From Kudoa neothunni (Eukaryota; Animalia; Cnidaria), in NCBI GenBank assembly GCA_964304625.1, contig OZ199838.1, positions 15,055,650 to 15,119,649 of the forward strand: DNA of 64,000 nucleotides. Direction: 5' to 3'. Position 1 is the first letter of the stretch; each line of letters starts with the position of its first letter. The notes beneath the pieces are model-generated. The model searched no databases, was not told the DNA's origin, and saw only the letters and a list, made by a program, of their open reading frames with translations. Below are positions 1 to 14,014 of this stretch, piece after piece. Both the position numbers and the translations under genes were made by a program.

Positions 1-1330
1 GAAATTCTTAATGCCGTAAGTACTCAGAATATAATTTCCTTATTACTTTATCTCAACTTTTAAGATTAACCTTCTAAATCACATGAAAATTTATACCCTC
101 CAAGTATAATTGGGGTTCAATAGACCCCACGGTTTTATTCGATAAAATATTTGATCGATTATATATTCAATAATTTCACAAATGACACCACGTAATATTG
201 TGTGCGCGTGCGCAAATGTTAAAGAAATATTTTAACCACCGGGCAGGGTATGTGTATGTATCACTTTTGAGGTCACATATTTTCTATAAACATAACTCTA
301 AATTCAGTCCACATAACAAAAATTAATTATTTATTTAATTTGCGCTTTAAGTGGCCAAAAACATAATCCTAGCATAGACTATTGTATAAACAGGTAACAT
401 AGATACGCTTAAATGTTCATTAGAGTGGAATCGACGCGTGAGAAACTCACCTGAATACGCCTTGGTTCACGAATATGGAAAAAAATTTCCGAATTATTTT
501 GTATCTCAATATTTTCCACATCATCAAAATGTAAAACTCGCATTATTTGGAGAACTTTATGTGTTGGGGGTAAATCACGATATATCTTTCCTTCTTCCTC
601 TAATCCAGTATCTCTTTAACCGGTTCTCAATTATCCCCGTGAATTCCCATCAGAAATAAACAGCTTACGAACTCATCCAATTCGATCCATTTATCACCAA
701 AAATTTTTCCACCCGATGAACTGAACTGGATATTTAAACATAATCTCATGCATAACAGAATTAGATATTATTCTGAAAATATCAACTGTGTTTGTAACAA
801 AAACGAAGAACCACTAGGATGACTACTGACTACTCATAATATTTACAACACATGTTCTAGATGCCAATGGCGGGCCCGTTGAACGTAACATTCCGTACCT
901 ATTCATTAATGAGTTAAATTGTATATTTGTATCAATATTAAATTTTTCTTAGGATAAATAATCATGAAATGAAGTAAATGAATCTAAGACTCGGTATCAG
1001 TAATTATTATCAAGATCACTTGATCACGTCAACGAAATTAATTATGGTGCACGCGCAATATAGATTAACATATGATATTCATGCAATAAAAGTATATTTA
1101 CTCGATAGAATTTTCTAAAAGTTACCCCAAACATTTAAATCAATATTTTGGATAATCAGATGGAAAAGAAAATGTGGGATCCAAAAGACCCCAATTATAT
1201 TTAAAGGGTTAATGCAATTCTTTTTAAATTATCAATAAAATATATATTCAGTTATTTTTATAACTTTAATCAGAACATTTTTGCTAATTTTTAAAGGGAA
1301 TTTCTTATTGTAAATTATTTAATATTTTTA
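1..1330 (+). repeat. Segmental duplication, copy A (partner 18468-19965; 3' flank of an integrin-alpha-like gene plus an embedded piggyBac relic)
   Basis: GAAATTCTTAATGCCGTAAGTACTCAG at 1 recurs at 18468. Near-identical to about 1195/19655, visibly more diverged over the last ~130 bp. Confidence 0.95.
70..1208 (-). mobile_element. Internally deleted piggyBac element
   Basis: TTAA at 66-69 and 1209-1212. Termini CCTTCTAAAT / ATTTAAAGGG, with GGGGT..GACCCC-type subterminal repeats. Decayed minus-strand coding remnant reads like piggyBac (CLFLMGIH, IMRVLHFDD). Confidence 0.75.
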
Positions 1331-1658
1331 ATAGGCGGTGGCTATTGACACGCTAATGAATTTCTCCAAATTCTTAAATTATTTCAATCTTCACTGTTCA
1401 TTAATTTTTTAATCATAATTTTTCCTAAATGGTCTTTAAATTTCCCGTTAAATACTCATCGTTGAATTTTCCACATGGAAATATTGACATTATCAAGGGA
1501 TATTGGAACGTTAAAGCCTATATAAAGTTAGATAATGTTAACTATAGAAGTTATAATGCTTGAAGATGAAATTTACTTCAAATTTTCAAGGTTAGTTTGT
1601 TAAATTAAATGCGGCCATAGAAACACGTTTTACTAAATTAACTACCACGCGACTAAAT

Positions 1659-3249
1659 GGTTAAAGTTCAGTTCCCCCCTTCGGCGCCCGCCGGTTACCC
1701 GCCATCGGTACTAATGGGGGGTTCCGGCTGTTTACATTTTCCTGAGCATGCTTACTGCAATCTTCACGTACGAAAATTTAGACAACCTAAATTTTGAAGA
1801 CTTATGTTACTTCAAGGATCATCCTGAAGATTTAATTATTTTTTTTTCAGCAACTTGACTTGCTACCCAACATCAATGGTTTGTTCCTGTGGAGGTCAAA
1901 TGAAACTTTCTCTGTATCAAATTTTTAAAGATTTTATATTTTTGGAGCGTGGGAGTGACGGAACAATCTTTCTTAATGAAAGAATGCCGTATCAATTCTT
2001 CCGCCACTATTGTGGTTTGGAAAAATTTTATACGTGACATTTGTTTGAGTCACTTCATTCGTAACCCAAACAAAGTGGGTGGCCCTGGCGTAAAAGTCCA
2101 AATAGACGGAAGTCAAATTTGTAAGAGGAAGTTTGGGGTTGGTAGAATCCTACAAAACCAAAGTCTGTGGATAGTTGGTGGTGTGGATGAGGATGGAAAG
2201 GTTTTTATGGTGGAAACCGAAAAGAGAGACACTCCCACTCTTGAAAATATTATTACTACTCATGTTGAGAGGGGATCTGTTATACATACAGATGGATGGC
2301 CTGCCTATAGTTCACTCACTGAGCTAGTTTATAAATACGGTCATAAGACAGTAATTCATGATATTGAGTTTGTCTCGTCTACAGGAGTCCACACCAATCG
2401 AATTGAGGGACTGTGGAGCGCTTTTAAGCGGAAATATCGTTCGGTGACAAATAAAAAAAGGAAATGATCGCTTCCTATATTGCCGAATAGATATTTAAAA
2501 GACTCCACAGGAAACGTGTTCTTTCTAAACTTTTAGAAGCAATTAAACATATTTATATTTTATTGTAAAAATTTATAATTGTCTTTTTCCAATCGTCAAT
2601 GCATAAATATCTTTGGTAAATTACGGCATTCTTAAGTTTATTTTAATTAGTGTTAACCCATTATTTTTTATAATGATTATATATATATATATATATATAT
2701 TTTATCAAATAATGAAAGTTTTCGTATAAAATAACAAAATCTTCCGAAAATTAAGCTAAAAGACAGATTGTTTTACATTAACTTGGGCTCATTAGGATAC
2801 AATTAAAAAAGAAATGGCATGATATGTGATTTTTATCCATATAAAAACTATTAAAAATTATATTAAGATTCAAATATAATGAGTCGACATATTGTTTTAG
2901 CTTATACATTTTTTAAAAAATAACAAATAAAATCCATAATTAATCCATAATATATATATACCATTAAAAATATTCGTTTATATACAATTCTCAAACTTAA
3001 TAATAAAAACATATATTAACTTATACCATATTATATTTGTTATGCACATAAATTGACACCTTATTTTTTAATTTTTTTAACATTTAAATAATACATATTA
3101 TATTTTTTAATTGATATATTTTGTTTAATTGCGTGTAACTGAAGTAAAATAGATTTTATTGGGTTTATATGTTATGAAACGTGACCCGATTAGTACCGAT
3201 GGTGGGTAACCGGCGGACGCCGAAGGGGGGGAGGAACTGAACTTTAACC
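1659..3249 (+). mobile_element. Merlin (IS1595/ISXO2-like) DNA transposon
   Basis: ~57-bp GC-rich TIRs (GGTTAAAGTTCAGTTCCCCCC...CATCGGTACTAAT and its reverse complement at ~3190-3249). Perfect 9-bp TSD CGACTAAAT at 1650-1658 and 3250-3258. Confidence 0.92.
1748..2567 (+). pseudogene. Merlin/ISXO2 DDE transposase, frameshifted
   Basis: Motifs GGPGVKVQIDGS (canonical IDES), IHTDGWPAY and GVHTNRIEGLWS in ORF 1949-2467. N- and C-terminal parts lie in other frames with stops. Confidence 0.88.
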
Positions 3250-3466
3250 CGACTAAATAATAATGTAAAGTTAATACATGTGCAAGCCGCGCTAGCGGGT
3301 GACATATTGGAGATTTCATTCTCCGAAAGTGGCTCGGTAGCCAGTCCTAGATAATCCAACATGGTTATTATCATAATGAAAAGATAGAAAGTGTTTAGAA
3401 ATTAAGACCTCATGGCTTAAAATCACTGATGTCTGACAAATTAATCTATATGTATATATATATATA

Positions 3467-5028
3467 CAGTATTTCAAGACCTAAATGCAACTGCGTCGGA
3501 TCAAAATGCAACTTTTTAAATAAACAACTTATTTTTTTTAGATTTAATTTATATAAAATTAAGATATTTTTTAACAATATTCTACATGGTTAGTTATGAT
3601 AGAGTGAATAATATTTCGAATTTTATGTGATTAACGAATTGCATCAAATAATTTTTTGTACTCATAGAGTTTATTCATATTTATTTAAATACATAAAGGA
3701 ATTAAATTTTTATTCATTTTTGTCATCGATTTAATCAAGGTGTCATTCTCAATACTTACGCTTCTCAAAAATATACTGTTTCAATGTAAGATTTTACTGC
3801 TTCTTTAATTACCACTTTTAAATTTGTAATCTTCTTGACATGCATAAACAAAAAATGAAATATTAATTGGCACCAAATTAAACTTCATGTTTTTTAGCAC
3901 AACGTAAAATTAATCTAATTGTTAATTTCTTCCGAATTAATACATGCTGCGAAATAGGGTTCCGCATGATTCGCATAATTCTGTAGTTGGTCACAAGAAA
4001 CTCCATCTGAGCTAGTCATAATTGCGTTGATCAATTCCTCCTGATTAGATGGTCCCTTGTTTCTTACAATGGACTTAATTTGATGGAAGAACTCCTCAAT
4101 AGGATTGAGGAACGGAGAGTATGGCGGAAGAAATAATAACGTATGGTTTGTGGAATCTCACATTGTCCATTATTAATAGGGCGTTATCAACTCCATTGCA
4201 GCTTAAGTCGGAAAATAGTTTGTCTATGAAAATAGAAAAAAATTTGTTGGTTGACAGTTCCATTTTCTACGTGGAATGTCCACATCCGTTCCGAGCTTAT
4301 TGCCGCGATTAATGTAATATTTTTAGAGCGAATGCTTTTCACTTTCAGATTCGCTCTTGACCCTGAAAGTGCTCGTCCAAATGTTCTTCTCATTGACAAT
4401 GAAAAGCCCGATTCATCTATATAGATGACCGTAGAATGACAAGGCTTCAGTTCCAGATATTGTATCACGTATTTATTCATTTTTAGCAATTTTTTAAAAT
4501 GATAATAAACCTTTTTCTCGTTTCAATACAATCCTGAGAATTTCTTCCTAGGGGTACAATGGAAATTTTTTTTAAGGTATAATGGAAATCTCTCAAACAA
4601 TTCGCAATTGTTTGACGAGAAACATTAATACCAAAAAATTCTAGAACTTTTTCAGTAATAGAATTTAATGTAATGGTGCAATCCTCCTCTACAAGTTCGC
4701 GGATGTATAATTTATGGGTTTCAGTCAATTTTGACCGTCTGTCACCCCCTTTCCTTTTTGGTGAACTTAATTCAGTAGTCATCGATTTTGTCTTCAAAAT
4801 GCGCCCAATGATTGATTTATGTACACCCATTTTCTCGGCAATGTATTTGTTAGAGTATCCATCCTAGAAATTAATTTGAGATTATACGAAAGAGGTTATG
4901 AACTTCAGCTAGTGAAACTGCCATTTGTTTCATATCATCACTTAAGATAACATATTTCCTTTTCTGGACATTATTGCATGGGGTTGCATTTTGATCGGAC
5001 GCAGTTGCATTTAGGTCTTGAAATACTG
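3467..5028 (-). mobile_element. Tc1/mariner superfamily (IS630-like) transposon inserted in a (TA)n tract
   Basis: 46-bp TIRs CAGTATTTCAAGACCTAAATGCAACTGCGTC(G/C)GATCAAAATGCAAC with 1 mismatch. TA on both sides. Confidence 0.95.
3900..4971 (-). pseudogene. IS630/Tc1-like DDE transposase, frameshifted and partly deleted
   Basis: HTH region (GGDRRSKLTE), IYIDESGF, IMDNVRFH and FLPPYSPFLNPIEEFF split across frames. The D-to-E spacer is shortened by a deletion. Confidence 0.9.
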
Positions 5029-7082
5029 TATATATATATATATATACATTATATAAAGTTCTTATGTCTGTCCGTGTGTGTCAGTTTGCAGTAGTACGCA
5101 TGTGCCACGGAGAAACTTTCTTTAAATATATCTGTAAGTTTGTATTTGAATAGATAACACCATTAATGAAAATAGATCATTCACTTAGAAGTATGAATAT
5201 AATCAATAACATAGTCCGAAGTAAGGAATTTTCTGGTTGTCTTCACAAATAGCAGATTAAAAAACACCTGAATAATATCGATATTTGTTTATTTCTGATT
5301 GATAGACAAATAAAATGAACTTTTACTCGTTATATAGAAAAAAGAATCTCTTATTTATCGTATAGAATATTCTAAAAAATTTTACATATGCCTGTTCGGA
5401 GTACTTTTGAGACAAATAAAACCTATTATCGTCACATTACAAGAGTTGTCGCATTTCCCTTAAAATTTGAAGCATAAACAAGTTATTTGATATGTAATTT
5501 CTCCTTTCGAACGTTATGGATATAGTTAAGCAAAATAGACTATGGTCATTTTAAATAAAACACATAATTTGAGATAATAAGTTGTTACCACGTTGAAATA
5601 ATTCGAGTCTTTATATGTATCCTAATTATTCCTTACCCCCAGACCTTGAGGTTAATATTCAAATCAATATACTGTTTTCTTTATTCTCGCATTAATTTAT
5701 TATGATATAAAAGCTGCATAAAAATACAGTCCCTTCTCAATGCCTGCCATGTAAGTTAATAAGAAATTATCGGTCTGTTCGATCTAACCGATATTTTCAC
5801 AAAGTTTTCGTTAATCTAAGAATAGTTCAGTACGAAGAGATTTTTTTTAGGGCAGTCAAACAGTACGTTAATTTTTAAAAAGGTGCATCCTTCAAGAAAA
5901 CCATTTGATGTTTAAGCATTACTGCAATTTTTCAAACCAAAAACACCTTTACATTTTTGATTTAATCGGATTTTGTTAATTAAATGTGTATATTTTTGAA
6001 CCAATAAGTATTCTTGATAAAAAGTAAGGTTGGATTTATTTATAAATAGGGAAATTTTGTTACAGTAATGAATACGTAAGTTACTGCTCACAGCTTTTCA
6101 AAACATCAATGGCATCATTATAAAATTGCGATAAAAGGAGTAACAATTACTATTTATATTTCCTAGGCATCTTAAGTTTATTTTGTTTTTTTATCGTTTG
6201 TGGACTAATAATAAATTTTATAATTAGAAGGATTAATTTTTATCACAAAATTCTGAAAAGAACTGAAAGTCCTATTTAAGTTGCTTAATGATTTTGTTTC
6301 ATAAATAGCTGAACTTTAATCGCTAATTACATTTCTTTTAAAATTTAGGTCATCATAGTTTTGGTCAATAATTTGTAAGATACAGTTAAAATTACCCATT
6401 AATTTCTCTCCATACCTCTATTTATATTTATATTTGAATGGAAAGTGTGCGCATAATTTCGTTTATCTAAATCATCACATTGCAAAAATAATGACAAGCT
6501 TTAAAATGCAACAATTAAAATAGAAAAATAAAATTAAAATTTTCTGTCACACTGTACCAGGCAAAACTAGGCATTAGCGCTATTTACTTAAAAATCAAAA
6601 AGACTATAATCTGCGCCAGGTGTTAACCTACTTGGCTGGGCAAGGAAGCCTTCGCGAAGAGGGGCTTTTGCGCTAGTTAGTAATACAAACATACAACTCT
6701 GTAATGAAGCAGCGGCACGCGATAAAACCACAATTCGCTAACTAATAATACCTCTCCCGTGGCGACGGCCGATCATAATATTCAAGTTATTATATGATTA
6801 TATAGAGGTCACTACAAATCCAATTTTTAATTTCGTTCATATATCAAATAACTTATTCTGCTTAATGTTTATAAAGTCGTATCTAACAATGTATGACACT
6901 TTATAAGGTTAGTTTTTTCAAATTAATTCATTAACTATCAAGTCAAATGTAAATAATTAGTTCGAAGATAACATGTATAATGGTTTTTGTTATGAATTTA
7001 GGCAAATTACTTAGCTGAAAAGAAATATTTAAGTTGTACACGGATAACTCCTGCGCAAACTAGTGCGATGGAGGATAAACAT

Positions 7083-7900
7083 AGGAACTGACATTTTTGA
7101 AGTGGGTAAAAAAGTTTACCTCATTTAAGCATCTTGAAGATTCCATACAATTATACGAACAGAAGACTTACAACAACCTAATCACGCGAGATTCCAAAAA
7201 ATTAGCAATACCGAGCGAATTCTCATTAAAACATTCAATGAGGATTTAATCTATTAATCAATAAAATATGTATGTCATTTTAGCAATCAATATCGATACC
7301 GATCAACAGGCATAAGACGATGTCAGACTTGAAAAGGAAAACTGTCCGGTTCATGCATCCTTGAGTATTAGTCCCTATGGACAAACACCTGAAGTGAAAT
7401 CTTTGAATTTGGATCATAATCACGAAAGAAATGAAATTTTTTTCAGCTATTTGCCACCACAGCGTAAATTGGATAATAATAAAGATTTAATATCAGAGTT
7501 AGTTTCTTTGGTAGCCAACGAAAAATTGTTGCAATCTAAAATCCAACAGGAGACTGGGAAAAAATTACATTGAAATCAATACACAATTCCAAAATAAATA
7601 TGTCGAATAAAATAAATGATATCAACTATATTTATCAATTGCTCAACGTTGATTATAATTGCGGTGTGAGAATATTGGCTGGCGAAAACAATAAAGTTAA
7701 TGCAATATTATTCCTGGATGAAGAAATGAAGGATTCTTCTCTTTTCCCAGAGATACTTTTAATTGATACAAGCCTACAAAACTACTCGATTCACTATAAT
7801 TTTTACGAATTTTATCTTGTTTTATTTGACCTATTTTTATTAATTTTTTATCTCTTTAAATTGTAGTGCTCTCCTGTATCTAACGGTTTCAGAAGATTCT
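7083..7900 (+). pseudogene. MULE (FAR1/ZSWIM3-like) transposase remnant
   Basis: Fragments FEVGKKFTSFKHLEDSI, DHNHE..FSYLPPQRKL and FPEILLID. Multiple stops. Confidence 0.55.
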
Positions 7901-8143
7901 ATGGGTTTATCTCATGAACGTAGTGCCTGCGGCATGGCGAGTTTTCGCCAGCGACGATAAGTCGCCAGAGGTGCGCGTGCGCGATACATGTGTTATTTCA
8001 CTTGTTTTTTAAGCATTTTTGTAAGTTGGGGTTTTCATTAGGTTTAATTGCACTTTTATCAAATAATTATTTTACTTTTTAAGTATTATTTTTGGTTGTA
8101 ACTCCACGAAACGCCACATGCACCATTAGTAACCAAAGATATA

Positions 8144-9662
8144 ATGGCGGAGTTTATACTTTTGAAAACTATACGAAATAACTACAAAATACTTTATAAG
8201 CAGCATTTTTACGTCACGACAACATCAAATGATGATACACAATATTGGAGGTGTCAGCAAAGAAAATGTCGCGGTAAGTTGCAAACTTCGTTGTTGCCGG
8301 ATATTTGTAGAATTGTGACCGTTGACGAGCATAATCACACCGCTGATGACAATCACAGAAAAAAAGTGTTATTAAATAATGAAGTAAGGACTGTTGCTGA
8401 AGAAACGATATATTCTACGAACAATGTTTACAGCCAATGGACCAACAGAAAACCAATAGAGGAACTCCCAATATTTAACAAAAAAACGGTCTATAAACTG
8501 ATCCAAAGCACGAGAAAAAGGATGAGCATCTCGATTGTAAATGAGACTGTTATGTATTTTGTAAGCAGGCAGTGCAGAGAAAAACACAGATTAAAAATGG
8601 ACCGCGTTCAGATTAGCGGAAGTGTTCAAACTTTCGCGAAGTTTGTGAATACATAAACAAATACTTAACAGAGACCAACTTGTTAAACAATGGAATATTT
8701 ACATTAAGAGGGAAAAAATTCTGTTATTACGATAATGGATCCCTTTGCACAAAAAAGAATGATAATATTTTCTACAGAGGAAAATATAAGTCACTTAAAC
8801 AATTCAAATATTTGGCTCTCCGATGGAACGTTTTAAGGTTGTACCCAAAGGGTTCTATCAACTTTATGTTATCCATGGTGTAATTTTTAACAGGGTATTT
8901 CCATTAGTATTTATTTTAATGCCTGGAAAAACTGAAGAGGATTATAACCTTATGATCAACATAATGAAAGAAACCCTACATATTAAAATTACCTGATAAT
9001 TTAATAATTGATTTTGAAAAAGCAGTGTATAATGCTTTTAAAAAAGCACCAAAAACAATTAATATCCAATTTTATACCTTCCATTTTGGGCAAGCAGTTT
9101 GGAGGAAAATTAAAAAAATAGGTTTATTACAAGATGCACAAAAGAACATTGAGCTTCGATGCCTATTCAAATGGTCACATCGTTATCATTTGTACCTCCT
9201 AATTTTCGTCCAAAAAGAATTTGAAAAATTGAAAAAAATATTCAAACAATTTCAATAATGAAAAAAATTGGAATATTTTTTAAATATTTCATCGAAACAT
9301 ATATAGAAAATTCAAAATTTCCTCCTACTTTTTGGAACTCGTTTGAACGAGTGATGAAAAATATTCCATTGACAACAAATAGTTGTGAAAGCTTCAATCG
9401 ACATTTCTTCGACCGCTTTGATCAATCACACGCTGGGCTTGATTGTTTGATAGACAAATTAAAGCAAGCGCAAAGTTCAATTGAGCAAGATATCGAGTTT
9501 CAGTTAACAAATCCAAATAATAATAATAATAATAATAACCAACCTATGAAACAGCAAGAAAAAATGGATTCAATCAAAGCTATGTGCGATAATTATCCGT
9601 CTTATTACGATCTGTTCTATTTAAGAGCAATTAGTAAATTATATAACTGGAACTTTGAATAG
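8144..9662 (+). pseudogene. FLYWCH-domain MULE/Mutator transposase, frameshifted
   Basis: FLYWCH finger (YWRCQQRKCRGKL...HNH), then WLSDGTFKVVPKGFYQLYVIHG, IDFEKAV, FHFGQAVWRKI and TTNSCESFN. GC-rich subterminal tracts at ~7920-7985 and ~9720-9808. Confidence 0.88.
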
Positions 9663-9851
9663 AATAGATTTTAAAAATATAAACACTATATATTCGCACT
9701 TTTCTATGTAAAACTCACACGCATGCGCGCAGATGGCGACATCTCGCCATCTGCTCACAACGCATACATCGTTGTTGACCTATGCCGTCATTATGAAACG
9801 CCACTAGTTCTTACTATTAGTATTTAACCCTTCATTATTATTTCTTTATAT

Positions 9852-12284
9852 CAGGGGTCTCCAAACTTTTCGAGGCTAGGGTCACATTGGGTTGTTGATA
9901 TTATTCCGAGGGGTCGCATTAAAAATTTAAACAAAAAAAACTTGAAAATCTAAATAAGTGCGCATGCAAAAATTTCTAGAGGCGAAATAATAAATAAATA
10001 AAACAGGAACAATAATACGTTTATTTTCCTTTGTGTGAAGAGTGAAGTTGTTTCAGATCTGATATAATAATATCCCATTGTGGTGTGAACTTTGACGTCC
10101 CATCATCAATATTGAATTTAAGTGACCGTCAGACAACCAGTGTTCTGTATGCGGATTTCACATATTTCATTTTGGAAAATGTTTTCTCGCACAAATAAGT
10201 TGTGGAAAATATTGAAATATATTTACTAGCAAAAGATACAAGATTCGGAAAATCACGACGAGGCAAAAGCTTATAAAACTGTAATAAATTATTTTCATTA
10301 TATTTACGTTTGTATATTTCATTCGCTTGAAGGTCAATGACTTCCATTTGCAGCTCCGCAGGTAATTGGCAGATGTGACATCCAAAAGGATTTTCGAATA
10401 TTAAAATATTCGAGGAAAATGTCTCAATATCGTTGAAACGCTCATCAAACTGCTGCATTAAATTGGAAAGAGCGTTTTGGACGACAACAGTTGGAAAAGA
10501 TACATTACTTTGTTGGGCGTACTTTTTCACAACGTGAAAAATGGTTTGAAACAATTATTATTTAATTGTGAATTAAATGAAATCAATTTCTGTCGAAACG
10601 CTTTCACTAATGAATAAACATCGTTTATTTAACAATGTTTCGCCTTGCAATTTAAGAATGAAATTGTTCAGGTGTACTGTCAAATCTGCAAAAAAAGCCA
10701 ATTTCCAGAGCCAATCATCATTTTTTAACAAATTTGGAGGATTATTATGTTCGGTAAGAAAAAAAAACTAATTTCTGCCCTTAAGCCAAAGAATCGACTT
10801 AAAACCTTTCCACAGCTAAGTCACCTCACATTTGTGTAATACGGCAAATCCAAGTATTCTGCATTTGAATCTTTTAAAAATTCTTTAAATTGTCTATAAT
10901 GGAGTCCATATGACCGGATAAAATTAACAGTGGAAACAACGGGATTTAACACTGATGACAGGTCCTTATTCTTTCCACAGAGAGCTTGTTGATGAAATAA
11001 TTCATTGAAGAGCCAAAGGTTTTTGTACACCGGGGTTTTCGACCGCTTTATATATTTGTCCAACCAAGCCTTTTGTGTTCTCACTCATATTTCTACCCCC
11101 ATCAGTAGTGATGCATATAAGTTTAATCCAGTCTAGGTTGAAATTTTGGAATGACTTTTTAATCTCGTTAAATAGATCGAGACCCCTTGTAGTTCCATGC
11201 ATGTTATGTACGGAGAGGAGTTCCTCTGTAACTTCCAGTTCGATATTTACCCCTCTAATGAAAAATAAAAGTTGAGAGGTGTTTGAAATATCAGTGAATT
11301 CACCCAGGGCGATAGAAAAGCAAACAAATTTCTCTATTTTGTCTCGTAATTGCGAAATAATATTTTCACCAATATTTTCCACTCTACGACTTATTGTGTT
11401 AGCCGAAAGACTTACCTCAGAAAATGAGCCGGCTTTTTCAGGATATACTTCGTTCACCATGTCCTTTAGAGCTTCCTTGAAAATTTCATCATCCGAAAAT
11501 GGTTTCCCCTTTTTGGCTAACAAATAGGCCACGCAAAAACTAGCTCTTGTGGCCGCTTCATTTTCATGGGAAATTTTTTTGAAGATCAGTTGTCTCGACA
11601 AAAAAATTATTTTTTAATGTTCTGAACTTCTCGGTACGAACAATTCCATTGTATTTTGAATACTCCGACGAGTGTTTTGTCTCGTAATATCTGCGAATAT
11701 TAAATTCTTTCAGTACTGTGATAGTGTTGTCACAAATAACGCTTATTGCTTTGCTGCCCGATTTAGTAACAAAGTACTCTGTGTTCCACTTATCGTTAAA
11801 CATTCGACACTCAAGGTCAATTTTTCTCTTTCGTCCATAATCCGCCATCTCCACATGATAAATCAAAGAGATGCAGCACGTGAAAACGAACACAGATAAG
11901 CGAGAATGATTGAAAACCCTTGTTGTTATACGTGCCATTAAACTATTATTTAACCAATAAAAATATTCTATATATAAATCAATATTTGGAAGTTTCCTGA
12001 AAAAAATTACGATTTTTGTATAAATATATCTTTAAATATCCTGATATTTGTAATATGAATAAAGGATAATATTACTATACGAGCACCGAGAATGCAAAAT
12101 TTCCAATGTTTATGATTAAGTTTGATAATAACGATAACGATTATTCTGAAAGAACTTAACTTATGTATCTAACAAGACAATTTTTACGCGCGTTGTGTAC
12201 CATTCAGTAGCATAGTAACACTGATTAACCATATTTTACATGTCATTATGGGAACGTCCGGGGGCCGTAGTTTGGAGACCCCTG
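9852..12284 (-). mobile_element. hAT transposon, SPIN/Charlie (GTF2IRD2-like) group
   Basis: Perfect 16-bp TIR CAGGGGTCTCCAAACT. 8-bp TSD CTTTATAT / CTCTATAT (1 mismatch). Confidence 0.93.
10020..11848 (-). pseudogene. SPIN/GTF2IRD2-like hAT transposase, fragmented
   Basis: RKRKIDLECRMFNDKW, SLSANTISRRV, ITTDGG, VNFIRS.GLHYRQF, LQMEVIDLQ and FSTTYLCEKTFSKM across four or more frames. Confidence 0.9.
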
Positions 12285-14014
12285 CTCTATATCATCACAT
12301 TTCACCTGTTTTATATTCATGTGCACGTCGCAAGACGATTCGACAATCTGGATGTTATGATCCTTTGCAATAGCCACGTTCTTTTTATGTATAAATGTAG
12401 GGTTGATGTTTAAACTAACTAGGATTTTTAATCCGATAATGCGGCCTTATTCTAAAGTTTTCAATTAAATTTTACTTTAACTCCAAAATTGCTAAAAACT
12501 GAATAATGCAGCTGTCGAAAACGTAAAAATTCAAATTCAATATAAATAAGCTTCTCAATCAACCTTTTCTTATGGAAAGCACCTAAAAGTTAATTTTTTA
12601 GCGAATTCATTTCAGGATTATCTTATGGCCCTCATAAATATTAAATTAGTTATATATAATGGAGTATGTTAAAAACACACTCATTTTAATATTATTTGAT
12701 ATTATCAGTAATATTTACGAGGAAATAGATAGAACTGATATGAAGAACGGATTGATACACTTTGTAAAATCCGTCCATTTATATTTTCATTAAATAGATA
12801 GGATATCTTAATTTAGGCTATAGTCCACAAGACTCTGATTAAGATTCATTCAATGACATTTTGACTGGAATGTTATTTTTTTCTCTTGACAAAGGTTAAT
12901 GATATTAGAAAGGATTATAGTTTGAAGTTTGGTCGTGTTCATATTTACTACTATTCATGTAATTTTTATTCCCTAATTTACTACGGAATTTGTACAAAGA
13001 CACAAACTAATGACGCGGATATTTTTAATCTTAAGTGACGCCCACAATTGCGTAGTGTCCATTTTAACTACTAGCAATTCCTATTAATAATTGACTTGTA
13101 GAGTGTATTTTCTAAGAATCTATTGTAATCTGTGATTTCTAGCCTATTGTTATTGTCCTCGGGGGCTAATAATAGTTATTTACAATCAAACCACACTTAA
13201 CTTGATATTATTATTATTCGTGTCACTGGCCACTTCCTTTAAAAAAATCCGTTGACTTTATGCAGTATATGTGGGGTTGGACGTTATTTTAATGGTTCCA
13301 ATTTTGGCGCAAATGCTTGTATATATCAGAAGATTAACGTTGTCATAGAAACTAACGATCCATTGGAAATCTATTGCTGAGTATTACTAGAAATACAAAA
13401 CAACATGGATATTTTAAGGTTAAAGTTTAATTTTGTGCGTAATAACTTTTTTTGGTTACTGATTGAAAAACACGGGTTGCTTCAAATGTCTCACAACTGT
13501 TAGCGAGATAATTAATATTGTAAGGACGACTTAACATTTTCATCATCCCGGCCAACTAAAGAATATTATTGGATGGTTTTAGGTTATTAGAATCGGTAGT
13601 GTTATCATTTTACAAAGGTTTTATCGTATTTAATATTGCGATAATCTTGAATTATGATAAGAAATTTGAAGGTTGATTCGGATTGTTTACTTTGATAACT
13701 AAAAATATTTGTTGGATTTTTGTTCAAAATTTATATTTGATTGAGCAGTATAAAAGAATAAAAAATTCATTAAACCTAATGTTTATTATTTGATATTCAT
13801 AAATAAATTTGCGGTCAAATGAACTAATAAACATCTTTTTATTCACAAATAAGTTTAGCTCGAACCAATCTACTATAAATACCAATAATCGATTCAGCCT
13901 TAAAATTACGACGTGGGCTTAGAAAATTACAATATCATGACATTATTGTTGATGATAATAATAGAGTAAAATTGTAGATAACGACCACCAACAACTCACG
14001 ATAGGATTTATTTT

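Larger units (their letters stand above)
3445..6676 (+). mobile_element. Non-autonomous Helitron-like element, interrupted by a Tc1 insertion
   Basis: 5' A|TCTATA... continues after the Tc1 as TATATAAAG...TCCGTGTGTGT. 3' GC-rich hairpin AAGCCTTCGCGAAGAGGGGCTT is followed by CTAG|T at 6673-6677. Both termini are shared with 29588-30275. Confidence 0.65.

Noticed and set aside
1334-3347. Older GG...CC element enclosing the Merlin
   Set aside because: Only a loose TGGCTA terminal similarity and no TSD.
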